Positions 8,427 to 17,584 of a stretch of DNA of 64,000 bases are shown piece after piece. Numbering within the stretch: the first letter of the stretch is position 1; the number at the start of each line of letters is the position of its first letter. The notes below the pieces were generated by a model. The model did no database searches, was not told the DNA's origin, and saw only the letters and a list, made by a program, of their open reading frames with translations. The translations under genes and the position numbers were made by a program. The DNA comes from Acidobacteriota bacterium (GTDB lineage: Bacteria; Acidobacteriota; Thermoanaerobaculia; UBA5066; Gp7-AA6): contig QHVV01000113.1 in assembly GCA_003222385.1 (NCBI GenBank), positions 1,352 to 65,351 of the forward strand, written 5' to 3'.

Positions 8427-10216
8427 TCTCGATCGCGTACCTGGACGGCCGCCGCCTCTCGCGGGCCGTCATCGCGGGTGCGTACTTCGTCTCGGAGCGC
8501 GCAGAACCGCTCAACAAGATCAACGTCTTCCCGGTGCCCGACGGCGACACCGGTTCGAATCTCGCCGCCACCCTGCAGAAGATCGCGGCCGGGATCGCCC
8601 GCCTCCGCGAGCGGCACGTCCGGCGGATGTGCCAGGCCCTGGCCGACGAGGCCTTGGGCGGCGCCCGCGGCAACTCCGGTGCGATCCTGGCGCAGTTCTT
8701 CAGCGGTCTCTGCGAAGGGCTGCCGGACCGCCCGCGCGTCTCGACGCGGGACTTCGGCGCCGCCGCCCTCTCGGCGGCCGAGTCCGCGTACCATGCCATC
8801 GCCCGGCCGGTCGAGGGAACGATCCTGACCGTCATCCGCGACTGGGCGCGCCGCGTCTCGGAGCGCGCGCGCGACGTCCCGGACTTCGCCGAAATCCTGC
8901 CCGACTCGCTGAAAGAAGCGAAGCGATCGCTCGAGAACACGCCGAAGCAGATGAAGGCGCTCCAGAAGGCGGGGGTCGTCGACGCCGGGGCGCAGGGTTT
9001 CGTCTACCTGCTCGAGGGCATCGTGCGTTACGTGCGCGACGCGGCGCGCCGCTCGCTCCCTCCGGTCCCGCCGGAAGAGGTCCGCGCGGCCGTGTTCGAC
9101 CGGACGCCCGAGTCCATTCTCTTCAGATTCTGTACGGAGGCGCTTCTCGAAGGGGACTCGATCGACCGGGACGCCCTCCGGCGGGAGGCGGCTCTGACGG
9201 GAGACTCGGTCGTCATCGCGGGAGGGGCCACGCGGGTGCGCGTGCACGTGCACACCAACGAGCCGGAGAAGCTCTTCGAAACCCTCGCCCGTTTCGGTGA
9301 GATCGCGCAAACGAAGATCGAGGACATGAGGTCGCAGCACGAGACCCGCTTCGATCGGAACCGAGCGGAGCGCGTCGGCATCGTGACCGATTCGACGTGC
9401 GATCTGCCGGCCGCGATGTTCGAAGAGCTGAACATCGGCATGGTCCCGGTGCGCGTGCTCTTCGGGTCCGAGAACTACCTCGACAAGGTGACGCTCACCC
9501 CCGCCGAGTTCTACGCGCGCTTCGCCGTGACCGACGTCGCGCCGAAGACTTCCCAGCCGCCGCCGGCCGACTTCACGCAGGTCTACCGTTTCGTCTCGGG
9601 GCATCATGGCTCGATCGTCTCGATCCACCTGTCGAAGGCGCTCTCCGGCACCTACCAGGCCGCGGTCGTGGGCGCGCGGCCGATCGAGAACACGGCGTTC
9701 GAGCACGTCAACAGCCGGAATGCCTCGGTCGGCCTGGGTCTCGTGGTGCGGGCGGCGGCAGAGGCCGCGGCGTCGGGACGGCCGTTCGCCGAGGTCGTCG
9801 GGATCGCGCGGAACGCGGCCGACCGGGTGAAGGTCTTCATCGCGATGCCGACGTTGAAGCACGTCGTCCGGGGAGGGCGCGTGCCCCGCGGCAAGGGAAT
9901 GCTCGCGAAGCTGCTCGGGATCCTGCCGGTGCTCGCGATCACCCCGAAAGGGACGGCGGAGCCGGTCGCGAGAGCGCGCGGGTTCGACGGGGCACTCCGA
10001 AAGATGATGCGCCTTCTCGAGGAAGCCGCCCGAGCGGGCGACGGGAAGGGGAGCCGCTTCGGGGTGGCGCACTCCGACGCGGCCGAGCTGGCGGAACGGC
10101 TCTCCCGCGAGATTCGCGACCGACATCCCGAGTCCGACGTCATGATCTGCGAGTGCGGACCGGCGCTCGGAGCGCACGGGGGGCCGGGCGCAGTGGCGGT
10201 GGCGGTGCTGCCCTAG
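8423..10216 (+). CDS. DAK2-domain (FakA N-terminal-like) - DegV (FakB-like fatty-acid-binding) fusion protein
   Basis: N-terminal ~290 aa: ...NVFPVPDGDTGSNLAATL...GARGNSGAILAQFF..., the Dak2/DhaL motifs. C-terminal ~300 aa: VGIVTDSTCDLPAAMFEELNIGMVPVRVLFGSENYLDKVTLTPAEFY...HLSKALSGTYQAA..., typical DegV/EDD fold. Confidence 0.85.
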   Translation: MISIAYLDGRRLSRAVIAGAYFVSERAEPLNKINVFPVPDGDTGSNLAATLQKIAAGIARLRERHVRRMCQALADEALGGARGNSGAILAQFFSGLCEGLPDRPRVSTRDFGAAALSAAESAYHAIARPVEGTILTVIRDWARRVSERARDVPDFAEILPDSLKEAKRSLENTPKQMKALQKAGVVDAGAQGFVYLLEGIVRYVRDAARRSLPPVPPEEVRAAVFDRTPESILFRFCTEALLEGDSIDRDALRREAALTGDSVVIAGGATRVRVHVHTNEPEKLFETLARFGEIAQTKIEDMRSQHETRFDRNRAERVGIVTDSTCDLPAAMFEELNIGMVPVRVLFGSENYLDKVTLTPAEFYARFAVTDVAPKTSQPPPADFTQVYRFVSGHHGSIVSIHLSKALSGTYQAAVVGARPIENTAFEHVNSRNASVGLGLVVRAAAEAAASGRPFAEVVGIARNAADRVKVFIAMPTLKHVVRGGRVPRGKGMLAKLLGILPVLAITPKGTAEPVARARGFDGALRKMMRLLEEAARAGDGKGSRFGVAHSDAAELAERLSREIRDRHPESDVMICECGPALGAHGGPGAVAVAVLP

Positions 10217-10267
10217 GACGTGAGGCGAGGGCAGGCGCCAGGGGTCGGGTGTCAGGTGTCCGAAGAG

Positions 10268-10816
10268 GTGAGGCGCGGGCGAGTCTGGACGGTCGGGCAC
10301 TCCAACCATCCGCTCGAAAAGTTCATCGGGATCCTGAAAGCCCATGAAATCGAAAGCGTTCTCGACGTCCGGAGGTTTCCGGTCTCGCGCAAGTGGCCGC
10401 ACTTCGACGCGGCGGCGCTCGCCGCCAGCCTCCCGGCGGCTCGAATCCGATACGTCGGAATGCCGGATCTCGGCGGACGGCGGAAGCCTCGCGCCGACTC
10501 GCCCCACGTCGGCTGGCGGAGCGACGCCTTTCGCGGTTACGCGGACTACATGGACACAGGGGAGTTCATGGGGGAGCTCGCGAGAGCGATGTCGCTTGCC
10601 CTCGCCAGCCGGTCGGCGCTGATGTGCGCGGAAGCGGTGCCGTGGCGCTGCCACCGTTCGGTGCTCGCCGACGCGTTCCTGGCGCGCGGCTGGGAAGTGT
10701 TCGAGATCCTCTCCGAGAAGGCGGCGCGGCCTCACGTCCTGCCGGGCTTCGCGCGGCGGGAAGGCGACCGCGTGATCTACGACCGGCCGCCCCAGGGCGA
10801 CCTGGCGCTGCGCTAG
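10268..10816 (+). CDS. DUF488 family protein
   Basis: ...VWTVGHSNHPLEKFIGILKAHEIESVLDVRRFPVSRKWPHFD... matches the DUF488 N-terminal signature. The track ORF starts at 10220; I prefer the GTG at 10268 just before the conserved block. Start is uncertain. Confidence 0.7.
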   Translation: MRRGRVWTVGHSNHPLEKFIGILKAHEIESVLDVRRFPVSRKWPHFDAAALAASLPAARIRYVGMPDLGGRRKPRADSPHVGWRSDAFRGYADYMDTGEFMGELARAMSLALASRSALMCAEAVPWRCHRSVLADAFLARGWEVFEILSEKAARPHVLPGFARREGDRVIYDRPPQGDLALR

Positions 10817-11724
10817 ATTTCCAGCCGTCCCTCTCCGACCCGGACGACCCGACCTCCCATCACCACCCGAACGATCTCGGAGCCGTCGAGGTCGACCTCG
10901 ATGTAGATCGTCGAAGGGCGGTTCACGCAGCGTCCCTGCTCGATCGCCAACGCCGTGACGGGCTGGATCGTGACGGCAGAATGCGCGACCAGGTACGCCC
11001 CGAGGGCGCCGGCGGCCGCTCCCGCGCCGGGCACCTCGACGGACCCGAGGACGTCGAACGCGCGGGCGTGGGCCGCGGACCGCGCTTCACAGGTCTCCTT
11101 CGTGAATGCGTACACGAGCGTGGCGTCGGTCCCCTCGAGAAGGTCGCGCAGGAGCCCGTACCGGGGCCGGGCCGCCGAGAGCGCCGCGAGCGTCGCGACC
11201 GGCACGATCAGCACCGGCAGCCCCGTCGACGCGACGCGGACCGGCTGGTTGGTCGCCTGGATCTCCGCCTCGGCGAGGCCGAGCGCTTCGGCGACGTGGC
11301 CGATTTCCTCGGGGCCGAGCTTGCGCCCGATTTCGGGCAGACGCTGCGTGAGCCGGAGCTGGACGATCCGGCCGCCTTCGGTCAGCAACTCGACCTCGAA
11401 GAGACCACCCTTCCCCTCGTGGGCAACGCGGATCACCGGCTCGGTGAGCGGGCGTCGGGTCTCGGTCGCATGGACGTAGTGCGCGCCGAGAGCGGGATGC
11501 CCGGCGAAAGGGATCTCCCTCTCCCGCGAAAAGATCCGGAGGCGGAACTGCGCGCCGGGGAGTGAAGACGGCAGCAGGAACGCCGTCGCCGCGTGGTCCA
11601 TCTCCCGCGCCACCAGCTGCAGCGTTTCGTCGTCCGCGCCGGAGGCGTCCGGAAACACCGCCAGCGGATTGCCGGCGAGGGGCCGGTCCGCGAAGACGTC
11701 CACGAGGACGTAGCGGAGATTCAC
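10813..11724 (-). CDS. PhzF-family (phenazine biosynthesis-like) isomerase
   Basis: 303 aa: MNLRYVLVDVFADRPLAGNPLAVF... is the PhzF/DAP-epimerase-like N-terminal signature. Its GTG start directly follows the upstream kinase TGA. Confidence 0.85.
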   Translation of the reverse strand: MNLRYVLVDVFADRPLAGNPLAVFPDASGADDETLQLVAREMDHAATAFLLPSSLPGAQFRLRIFSREREIPFAGHPALGAHYVHATETRRPLTEPVIRVAHEGKGGLFEVELLTEGGRIVQLRLTQRLPEIGRKLGPEEIGHVAEALGLAEAEIQATNQPVRVASTGLPVLIVPVATLAALSAARPRYGLLRDLLEGTDATLVYAFTKETCEARSAAHARAFDVLGSVEVPGAGAAAGALGAYLVAHSAVTIQPVTALAIEQGRCVNRPSTIYIEVDLDGSEIVRVVMGGRVVRVGEGRLEI

Positions 11725-13815
11725 TCAGGACTTGCGGCGCGCCGCGAGCAGGAGCACGTCGCGGTCTCCGGTCGAGACGCCTTCCCGCTTCCAGTCCGCG
11801 ACGAGGCGGGCGAACGCGGACGAGAGGGGCTGGCTCGAGGTGAGCCGGCCGAATCGCTCCAGAGACGCGTTTCGGGCAGGCGCCGACCCGGTCGCCGCGC
11901 GGAGAACTTCGAGTCCGGTCGAGGCCATGACGAGAACGTCCCCGGCGCGGGTCTCGGTTTCCGCCGACTCTGGCGAAAGGGCGACCGGACGGCCTTCCCG
12001 GAGCAGGACCGGGAGCGAACCGCCTGAGGAAGCGAGAGTGAGCTTTCCCCCGCTCCAGCAGGCCGCGGACGCCGCGCAGCCGGAGTCGAGGGCGGCGACC
12101 GAGGCGACGATCTCGGGGGCCGGGGCGGAGGGGAGAAGGCGGCGGCCGGCTTCGAGAGCGAGGAGCATCCCTCCCAGTGAATCCTCGGGATTCCCGGCCG
12201 GCTCGAGGAGGAGAAAGCCGAGACGGTGCGCTCCTCCCTCGACCGCGAAAGCGATCAGGTTCACCTCTTCCGAGCGCCACCGCAGCGGCGCCGATTCGAA
12301 CCCGGGAACGTCGGGCCACGCGTGCGGAACCAGGAACGTCGACGCTCCACGGATAGCGCGGGCGGCCCCCTCCCGCCGGGCCTTCTCGACGTCGGTCTGG
12401 TGCTGCCGCAACCCGGCGACGGCCAGGGCCGCGTGGGTCCCGACCTCGGCCAAGAATTCCTCGTCCTCTTTCGTGAAGGCCCCGTGCCGCTTGTTCAGGA
12501 TCTCGACGACGCCGACGATCTCGCCCGCCGGAGTTCGCATGGGCGCCGCCAGGATCGAGACGGTGTGGAAGCCGGAGCCTGCATCCGTGCCGGAATCGAA
12601 GCGTCGGTCGTTGTAGGCGTCCGAGACGTTGACGATCTCGCCGGTCGCCGCGACCGAGCCGGCGATTCCCCGGCCCGGCGCGAGCCGGATCGGTGAGATC
12701 GAGCCTCCCTCCAGGATCTGGCTCACGAGCTCGCCCGTCTCCGGATCATTCAGGAAGATCGTCCCGCGCTCGGCGCCGGTTTCGCTCGTCGCGGTCGAGA
12801 GGATGATGCGGAGCGTCTCGGTCGTGTCGAGGGTCGCGGCGAGCGACTTGTTCGCCTCGAGGATCACCATCAGCTTGACCATCTTGGCGCGGGTGACCGA
12901 AACCTCGGCCAGCACGCGGTCCAGCACCTGCCCTTCGAACGCCACGATGGCGTCGGCGAGCGCGGTCGCGTCGGCGAAGCGCGCCTCCGGGTCCTTGGCG
13001 ATAGCGCGGTCGAGGATGCCCGCGAGATCGGGAGGCATGTCCGGGCGCAGGGAGCGCACCGAAGGAGGGACCTCCCGCACGATCCGGCGGACCAGTCGCG
13101 CGGTGTTGTCGTCGTCGATCGGAACCCGGCCGGTGAACATCTCGTAAAGGAGGACCCCCATCGCGTAAACGTCGGTTCGAACGGTCGGCGACTCCCCCTG
13201 GAGAAGCTCCGGGGCCAGGAACTGGGGGGTGCCCGGAACGGTCCCGCCCTGCGGGACGAACCCTCCGGTCTCGACGGCGATCCCGAAATCCATCAGGCGT
13301 GGCTGGCCGTCCTCGCCGACCATGACGTTCTCGGGTTTCAGGTCACGATGGAGGACGCCGATCCGGTGGGCCGCCGCGAGCCCGTTGCAGATCCCCTTGG
13401 CGATCGCGAGGCCCCGGCCGAACGGAAGTATCTTCTCTTTCTGCTCGATGTCCTTGAGCGTCCGCCCCGCGAGGTATTCCATCGACACGAACTCCTCGCC
13501 CGCGATCTCGACGAGGTCGTACACGCGGCAGACGTTCTCGTGCGTGACCCGTCGCGCGAGGATGATCTCGCGTCGCAGCGTCTCGCGCCGCTCCGGCGAA
13601 AACCGATCGGGCCGAATGCGCTTCAACGCAATCTCGGCGTCGAGCTTCAAGTCGTGCGCCCGGTAGACGACGCCCATGCCGCCGAAGCCGAGGACTTGAT
13701 CGACGCGGTAGCGGCCGCCGAGAACGGATCCCGACCGGTGGGGAACTTCACCCGTTGCGGAAGTCGGGGTCGCCGCCACCCCCTCGCGCGTGGGACTCTC
13801 GCTTTCCCGGGACAT
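11725..13815 (-). CDS. Ser/Thr protein kinase - GAF - PP2C/SpoIIE-like phosphatase multidomain protein
   Basis: 696 aa. Hanks kinase motifs (VAIK-like ALKRI, HRDLKPENV, DFG, APE). The central region ...LEANKSLAATLD...GTIFLNDPETGEL... is GAF-like. The C-terminal ~250 aa ...FAVEGGAHRLGFLLLEPAGN...GDVLVMASTG... is PP2C-like. Confidence 0.85.
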   Translation of the reverse strand: MSRESESPTREGVAATPTSATGEVPHRSGSVLGGRYRVDQVLGFGGMGVVYRAHDLKLDAEIALKRIRPDRFSPERRETLRREIILARRVTHENVCRVYDLVEIAGEEFVSMEYLAGRTLKDIEQKEKILPFGRGLAIAKGICNGLAAAHRIGVLHRDLKPENVMVGEDGQPRLMDFGIAVETGGFVPQGGTVPGTPQFLAPELLQGESPTVRTDVYAMGVLLYEMFTGRVPIDDDNTARLVRRIVREVPPSVRSLRPDMPPDLAGILDRAIAKDPEARFADATALADAIVAFEGQVLDRVLAEVSVTRAKMVKLMVILEANKSLAATLDTTETLRIILSTATSETGAERGTIFLNDPETGELVSQILEGGSISPIRLAPGRGIAGSVAATGEIVNVSDAYNDRRFDSGTDAGSGFHTVSILAAPMRTPAGEIVGVVEILNKRHGAFTKEDEEFLAEVGTHAALAVAGLRQHQTDVEKARREGAARAIRGASTFLVPHAWPDVPGFESAPLRWRSEEVNLIAFAVEGGAHRLGFLLLEPAGNPEDSLGGMLLALEAGRRLLPSAPAPEIVASVAALDSGCAASAACWSGGKLTLASSGGSLPVLLREGRPVALSPESAETETRAGDVLVMASTGLEVLRAATGSAPARNASLERFGRLTSSQPLSSAFARLVADWKREGVSTGDRDVLLLAARRKS

Positions 13816-13899
13816 GTTTAGCGGCCGCTCGTCGCGGCCGGGAGAGAGTCAACGGCCGCGATCCACCATCCCATGGCCTGGCAGGAATCATACGGCTGA

Positions 13900-13928
13900 T
13901 TGACTTGAAGTCGGCCCGGGAATAGCGT
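13900..13928 (+). promoter_or_regulatory. candidate sigma70-type promoter for the FadL-family gene (TTGACT - 17 nt - TAGCGT)
   Basis: Good -35 hexamer but weak -10. Lies in a divergent intergenic region. Weak call. Confidence 0.2.
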
Positions 13929-13971
13929 GCGCCGGACTCTCGATCCAACGAGAACCCACGGAGGAGAAAAC

Positions 13972-15285
13972 GTGACCAGACGAAGTCGGGTGAGATTTCC
14001 GGAGACCTTCCTTGCCCTGGCGCTCTTCTTTCTCGCCGCTTCGCCGGCGCGTCCAGCCGGCTTCTCGATCTTCGCCCAGGGAGCAAAGGCATCGGGAATG
14101 GGCCTCGCCTTCACGGCGGTCGCGGACGATCCGTCCGCGGTCTTCTACAACCCCGCGGGCCTCGGCTTCCAGAAGCACTTCAGCGCGATGGTCGGAGGGT
14201 CGCTGCTCTCCAAGGTGAAGGGGGAGTTCGAAGGGGCGAATCCATTTCCCGGACCGGCGTTCGGCGTGGAAGAACAGAGCAAGTCCACGTTCTACCTCCC
14301 GACTTTCTATGCGGTCCTTCCGCTGACGTCGAACGTGAACTTCGGCGTCGGCGTGTTCGCCCCGTACGGTCTGGGCTTTCGCTGGGCGGATGCCGAGCAG
14401 TTCTCGGGGCGCTTCATCGCCCAGAACGCCGTCATCCAGACGGCGGACGTCAATCCCGTCCTCTCGCTCCAGGTCGCGCCGTCGCTGTCGCTCGGCGTCG
14501 GGGCCGACTACCGTCTCTCGCGGGTCCAGCTCGAGCGCAACCGCGCGGCGATCAATCCGTTCACGCAGTCGGTCGTGGACGTCGCCCACATCAAGCTCAC
14601 GAGCGACCTCCAGGACAATCACGGCTGGGGCTGGAACGCCGGGCTCCTCTGGAAGCCGGTACCGACGTTCTCGCTCGGCGCCTCCTATCGCAGCTCGATC
14701 AAGGTCGACTACGACGGAGAGGGCAAGTTCACGCAGCGCCTGACCGGGAACGCCGCGTTCGACGCGGCCGTCGCGGCGAGCCTGCCGCAGGGCAAGCAGA
14801 AGGTCGCCGTCACGATCGACTTCCCGGCGTCAGTCAACCTCGGCGCCGCGATCAACCTGCCGGCGAATTTCCGGGTTTCCCTCGACGCGGACTGGACCGA
14901 ATGGAAGTCGTTCAATCGGCTCTTCATCGACTTCGCCAATACCGCGATTCCCGACCTCCTGCGGCCGACGAACTGGAAGGACTCCTGGGCGTACCGCGCC
15001 GGGCTCGAAAAGAAGTGGGGGAGCTTCGCCGTCCGCGCCGGCTATTACAAAGACAAGAGCCCGCAGCCGCTGGCCGACGTCGGCCCGATCCTGGCGGACG
15101 CGGATCGCAAAGCGTACACGCTGGGCCTCGGCTACGACGCCGATCGATGGGGGGTCAACCTCTCCGATATCTACATCGACTTCGATCATCGGGACACACG
15201 GGGCCAGGTGAACCACGATCAGTTCTTCGGACAGTATTCGGAAAAAGCGAACCTCGTGGCGTTCGATTTTCGCGTCTCGTTCTAA
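13972..15285 (+). CDS. outer-membrane transport protein, OMPP1/FadL/TodX family
   Basis: GGAGGAG RBS then GTG at 13972. Signal peptide ...FLALALFFLAASPARPAGFS. Family-typical N-terminal ...IFAQGAKASGMGLAFTAVADDPSAVFYNPAGL. C-terminal beta-signature ...FDFRVSF. Confidence 0.85.
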   Translation: MTRRSRVRFPETFLALALFFLAASPARPAGFSIFAQGAKASGMGLAFTAVADDPSAVFYNPAGLGFQKHFSAMVGGSLLSKVKGEFEGANPFPGPAFGVEEQSKSTFYLPTFYAVLPLTSNVNFGVGVFAPYGLGFRWADAEQFSGRFIAQNAVIQTADVNPVLSLQVAPSLSLGVGADYRLSRVQLERNRAAINPFTQSVVDVAHIKLTSDLQDNHGWGWNAGLLWKPVPTFSLGASYRSSIKVDYDGEGKFTQRLTGNAAFDAAVAASLPQGKQKVAVTIDFPASVNLGAAINLPANFRVSLDADWTEWKSFNRLFIDFANTAIPDLLRPTNWKDSWAYRAGLEKKWGSFAVRAGYYKDKSPQPLADVGPILADADRKAYTLGLGYDADRWGVNLSDIYIDFDHRDTRGQVNHDQFFGQYSEKANLVAFDFRVSF

Positions 15286-15293
15286 CCAAGGAG

Positions 15294-16772
15294 ATGATGA
15301 TGAAGAGGATGACGTTTCGCGCGGCTGTTTCTGCCGGGGTGCTCACCGCGCTCGCTGCTTCGCCTCTCTTTTCGCAGACGGCGTTCCACAAATTCGTAGC
15401 GGTCGGCGACAGTCTGGTCGCGGGGGAGGAGGGAAACTGCCTCGTTGAGCGTCATCAGAACCGTTCCTGGGTCAAGCTCGTCGCCAACCAGCTCGGGATC
15501 TCCGACTTCCAGCAGCCCCTGATCTCCGAGAGGGCGCTGACGAACCCTCTGACCGGACAGCCGTGCCTGGGCGCCGTGATCTCCGGTCAGACGATCACGG
15601 TCGGTGCGGTCTCGCAGATGGGCACTAACCAGAACGCGGCCCTGTCTCGACCGTACGACAACCTCGGGTTCATCGGGTCGCCGCGCATCAAGGATTTCGT
15701 GGACCTGAAGGTCTCCGTGCCCGGTCGCTCCGGCACGGACAACGTTGCCGCGATCGTCCTGCGAAATTTCGCGGGAGGCCCGTTCGAGGGCATGAGCGCG
15801 GTCGACGAGGCCAACTCCCTCAACCCCGATCTCGTCGGGCTCTGGGCCGGCAACAACGACGTTCTCGGCGCCGCCACTTCCGCGGTGGCCATCGACGGCG
15901 TGACGCTCACGCCGGTCGCCGCGTTCGAGGCCAAGTACACCGAGGTCCTGACCGGTCTGGCGGCGAGCGGCCGCACGATCGTCACGTTCACGATCCCGGA
16001 CGTCGCGGCGATCCCCTTCGAGACCACGATCCCGCCGGTCGTGGTGAATCCGGCAACCAGGCAACCCGTGCTGGTCGGCGGTCAACCGGTTGGTTTGCTC
16101 GGTCCCCGCACGACCTCGACCTGTTCGACCCCGCCCTGCCCGCTCCCGGCCGGAACTCTGGTCACTCTGTCGGCCTCGTCCCTGCTCGCCCAGGGGATCG
16201 GGATTCCCGTGGCTCTCGGCGGAACCGGTCTGCCGCTTCCGGACGGAGGGTTTTCTCCCCCCTCTACGCTCAATCCCGGGGTCCTGCTCTATCCCGACGA
16301 AGTGGCGCTGATTCAGCAGCGGACGATCGATCTCAACGCGAAGATCGGATCGATTTCCGCGGCGAACGGGGCAATCCTGATCGACGCGTACAGTCTGTTC
16401 AATGAGATCAAGGTAAATGGATTCGAGATCGGCGGCATTACCCTGACGGCGAGCTTCCTGACCGGAGGGTTGTTCTCCGCCGATGGCGTTCATCCGTCCC
16501 AGATCGGATACGCGATCTTCGCCGATCAAGTGATCCAGGCGTTGAACGCCGCCAAGGGGAGCGGCATCGAGCGACCGGATATCGCACACGCGCTGTTGAC
16601 TCCGAACGTGCCGACGATCAGTACCGCCGGGGAGGTCGATCCGAGCGGCGGTCCGTACGGTTTCTCGCTTTCGATGTGGAAAGAGCTGCTGGGCTCGTTC
16701 GGTCCCGAGGAAGGGATCTCCGTCGTCTTGCCGGGCTCGGGCAAGCGGGTCCCGCGGGTGGTCCACCGATAA
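15294..16772 (+). CDS. secreted SGNH/GDSL-family lipase/esterase
   Basis: AAGGAG RBS then ATG at 15294. Signal peptide then GDSL block FVAVGDSLVAG. C-terminal DGVHPS (catalytic Asp/His block). Confidence 0.8.
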   Translation: MMMKRMTFRAAVSAGVLTALAASPLFSQTAFHKFVAVGDSLVAGEEGNCLVERHQNRSWVKLVANQLGISDFQQPLISERALTNPLTGQPCLGAVISGQTITVGAVSQMGTNQNAALSRPYDNLGFIGSPRIKDFVDLKVSVPGRSGTDNVAAIVLRNFAGGPFEGMSAVDEANSLNPDLVGLWAGNNDVLGAATSAVAIDGVTLTPVAAFEAKYTEVLTGLAASGRTIVTFTIPDVAAIPFETTIPPVVVNPATRQPVLVGGQPVGLLGPRTTSTCSTPPCPLPAGTLVTLSASSLLAQGIGIPVALGGTGLPLPDGGFSPPSTLNPGVLLYPDEVALIQQRTIDLNAKIGSISAANGAILIDAYSLFNEIKVNGFEIGGITLTASFLTGGLFSADGVHPSQIGYAIFADQVIQALNAAKGSGIERPDIAHALLTPNVPTISTAGEVDPSGGPYGFSLSMWKELLGSFGPEEGISVVLPGSGKRVPRVVHR

Positions 16773-16795
16773 GAAGCGGGGAGAGACCGACGAAG

Positions 16796-16819
16796 CCCCG
16801 GCCCGTCCGGGGCTTTTTT
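16796..16819 (+). terminator. rho-independent terminator (CCCCGG-cccgt-CCGGGG followed by CTTTTTTC)
   Basis: Perfect 6-bp GC stem, 5-nt loop and a T6 run immediately after the lipase stop. Confidence 0.7.
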
Positions 16820-16858
16820 CTGCTAGATTTCGCGAGTTTTTCGGTGGAGTAGCGCCTC

Positions 16859-17419
16859 ATGATGATTTCCGCGACTCAAATTCGCAGCGGGACTCTGCTC
16901 ATCTACAACCGCGAGCTCCACCGCGCGCACGAAGTCATCCACAAGACTCCCGGCAACCTGCGCGGGTTCGTTCAGGTCAAGATGCGGAACCTGCGCAACG
17001 GCGCGATGATCGAGCACCGTTTCGGATCGACCGACCGCGTCGAGAAGGCGTCGCTCGACGAACGGGAAATGGAGTACCTCTACTCGGACGCGGCCGGTCA
17101 CCACTTCATGGACAGCGAGAGCTACGACCAGGTCACCCTCTCCGACGAGGTGATCGGGGAGCAGATGGCCTACCTCCTTCCCAACACGTCCATTCGGGTC
17201 GACCTCTTCGACGGCAACCCGGTCGGCATTGAGCTTCCGAACACGGTCACTTTGAAAGTCGTCGAAACCCAGCCCGGGATGAAGGGAGCGACCGCGTCGG
17301 CGTCGTACAAGCCCGCGAGGCTCGAAACAGGGCTCTCCGTGATGGTGCCCCAGTTCATCGAGGTCGGGACGCGCATCAAGGTCGACACGCGCGACAACAC
17401 CTACCTCGAGCGCGCCTGA
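16859..17419 (+). CDS. efp: elongation factor P
   Basis: 186 aa: MMISATQIRSGTLLIY...KPARLETGLSVMVPQFIEVGTRIKVDTRDNTYLERA, the canonical EF-P signature. Confidence 0.95.
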   Translation: MMISATQIRSGTLLIYNRELHRAHEVIHKTPGNLRGFVQVKMRNLRNGAMIEHRFGSTDRVEKASLDEREMEYLYSDAAGHHFMDSESYDQVTLSDEVIGEQMAYLLPNTSIRVDLFDGNPVGIELPNTVTLKVVETQPGMKGATASASYKPARLETGLSVMVPQFIEVGTRIKVDTRDNTYLERA

Positions 17420-17584
17420 CCGGAGCCGAAATCGGTAATCGGTCACCGGTCATCGAGGCGGGTGTCCGCGCTGGAGAGCAGGTCGTGTCCCTTTTCGGCG
17501 CGATATGCTGTATCGCCATAAGTATTTGATTCTGCGGGTCTTTTTTCCTTGACCCCAACTTCACCCGTTCTGAATAATCCAAAC

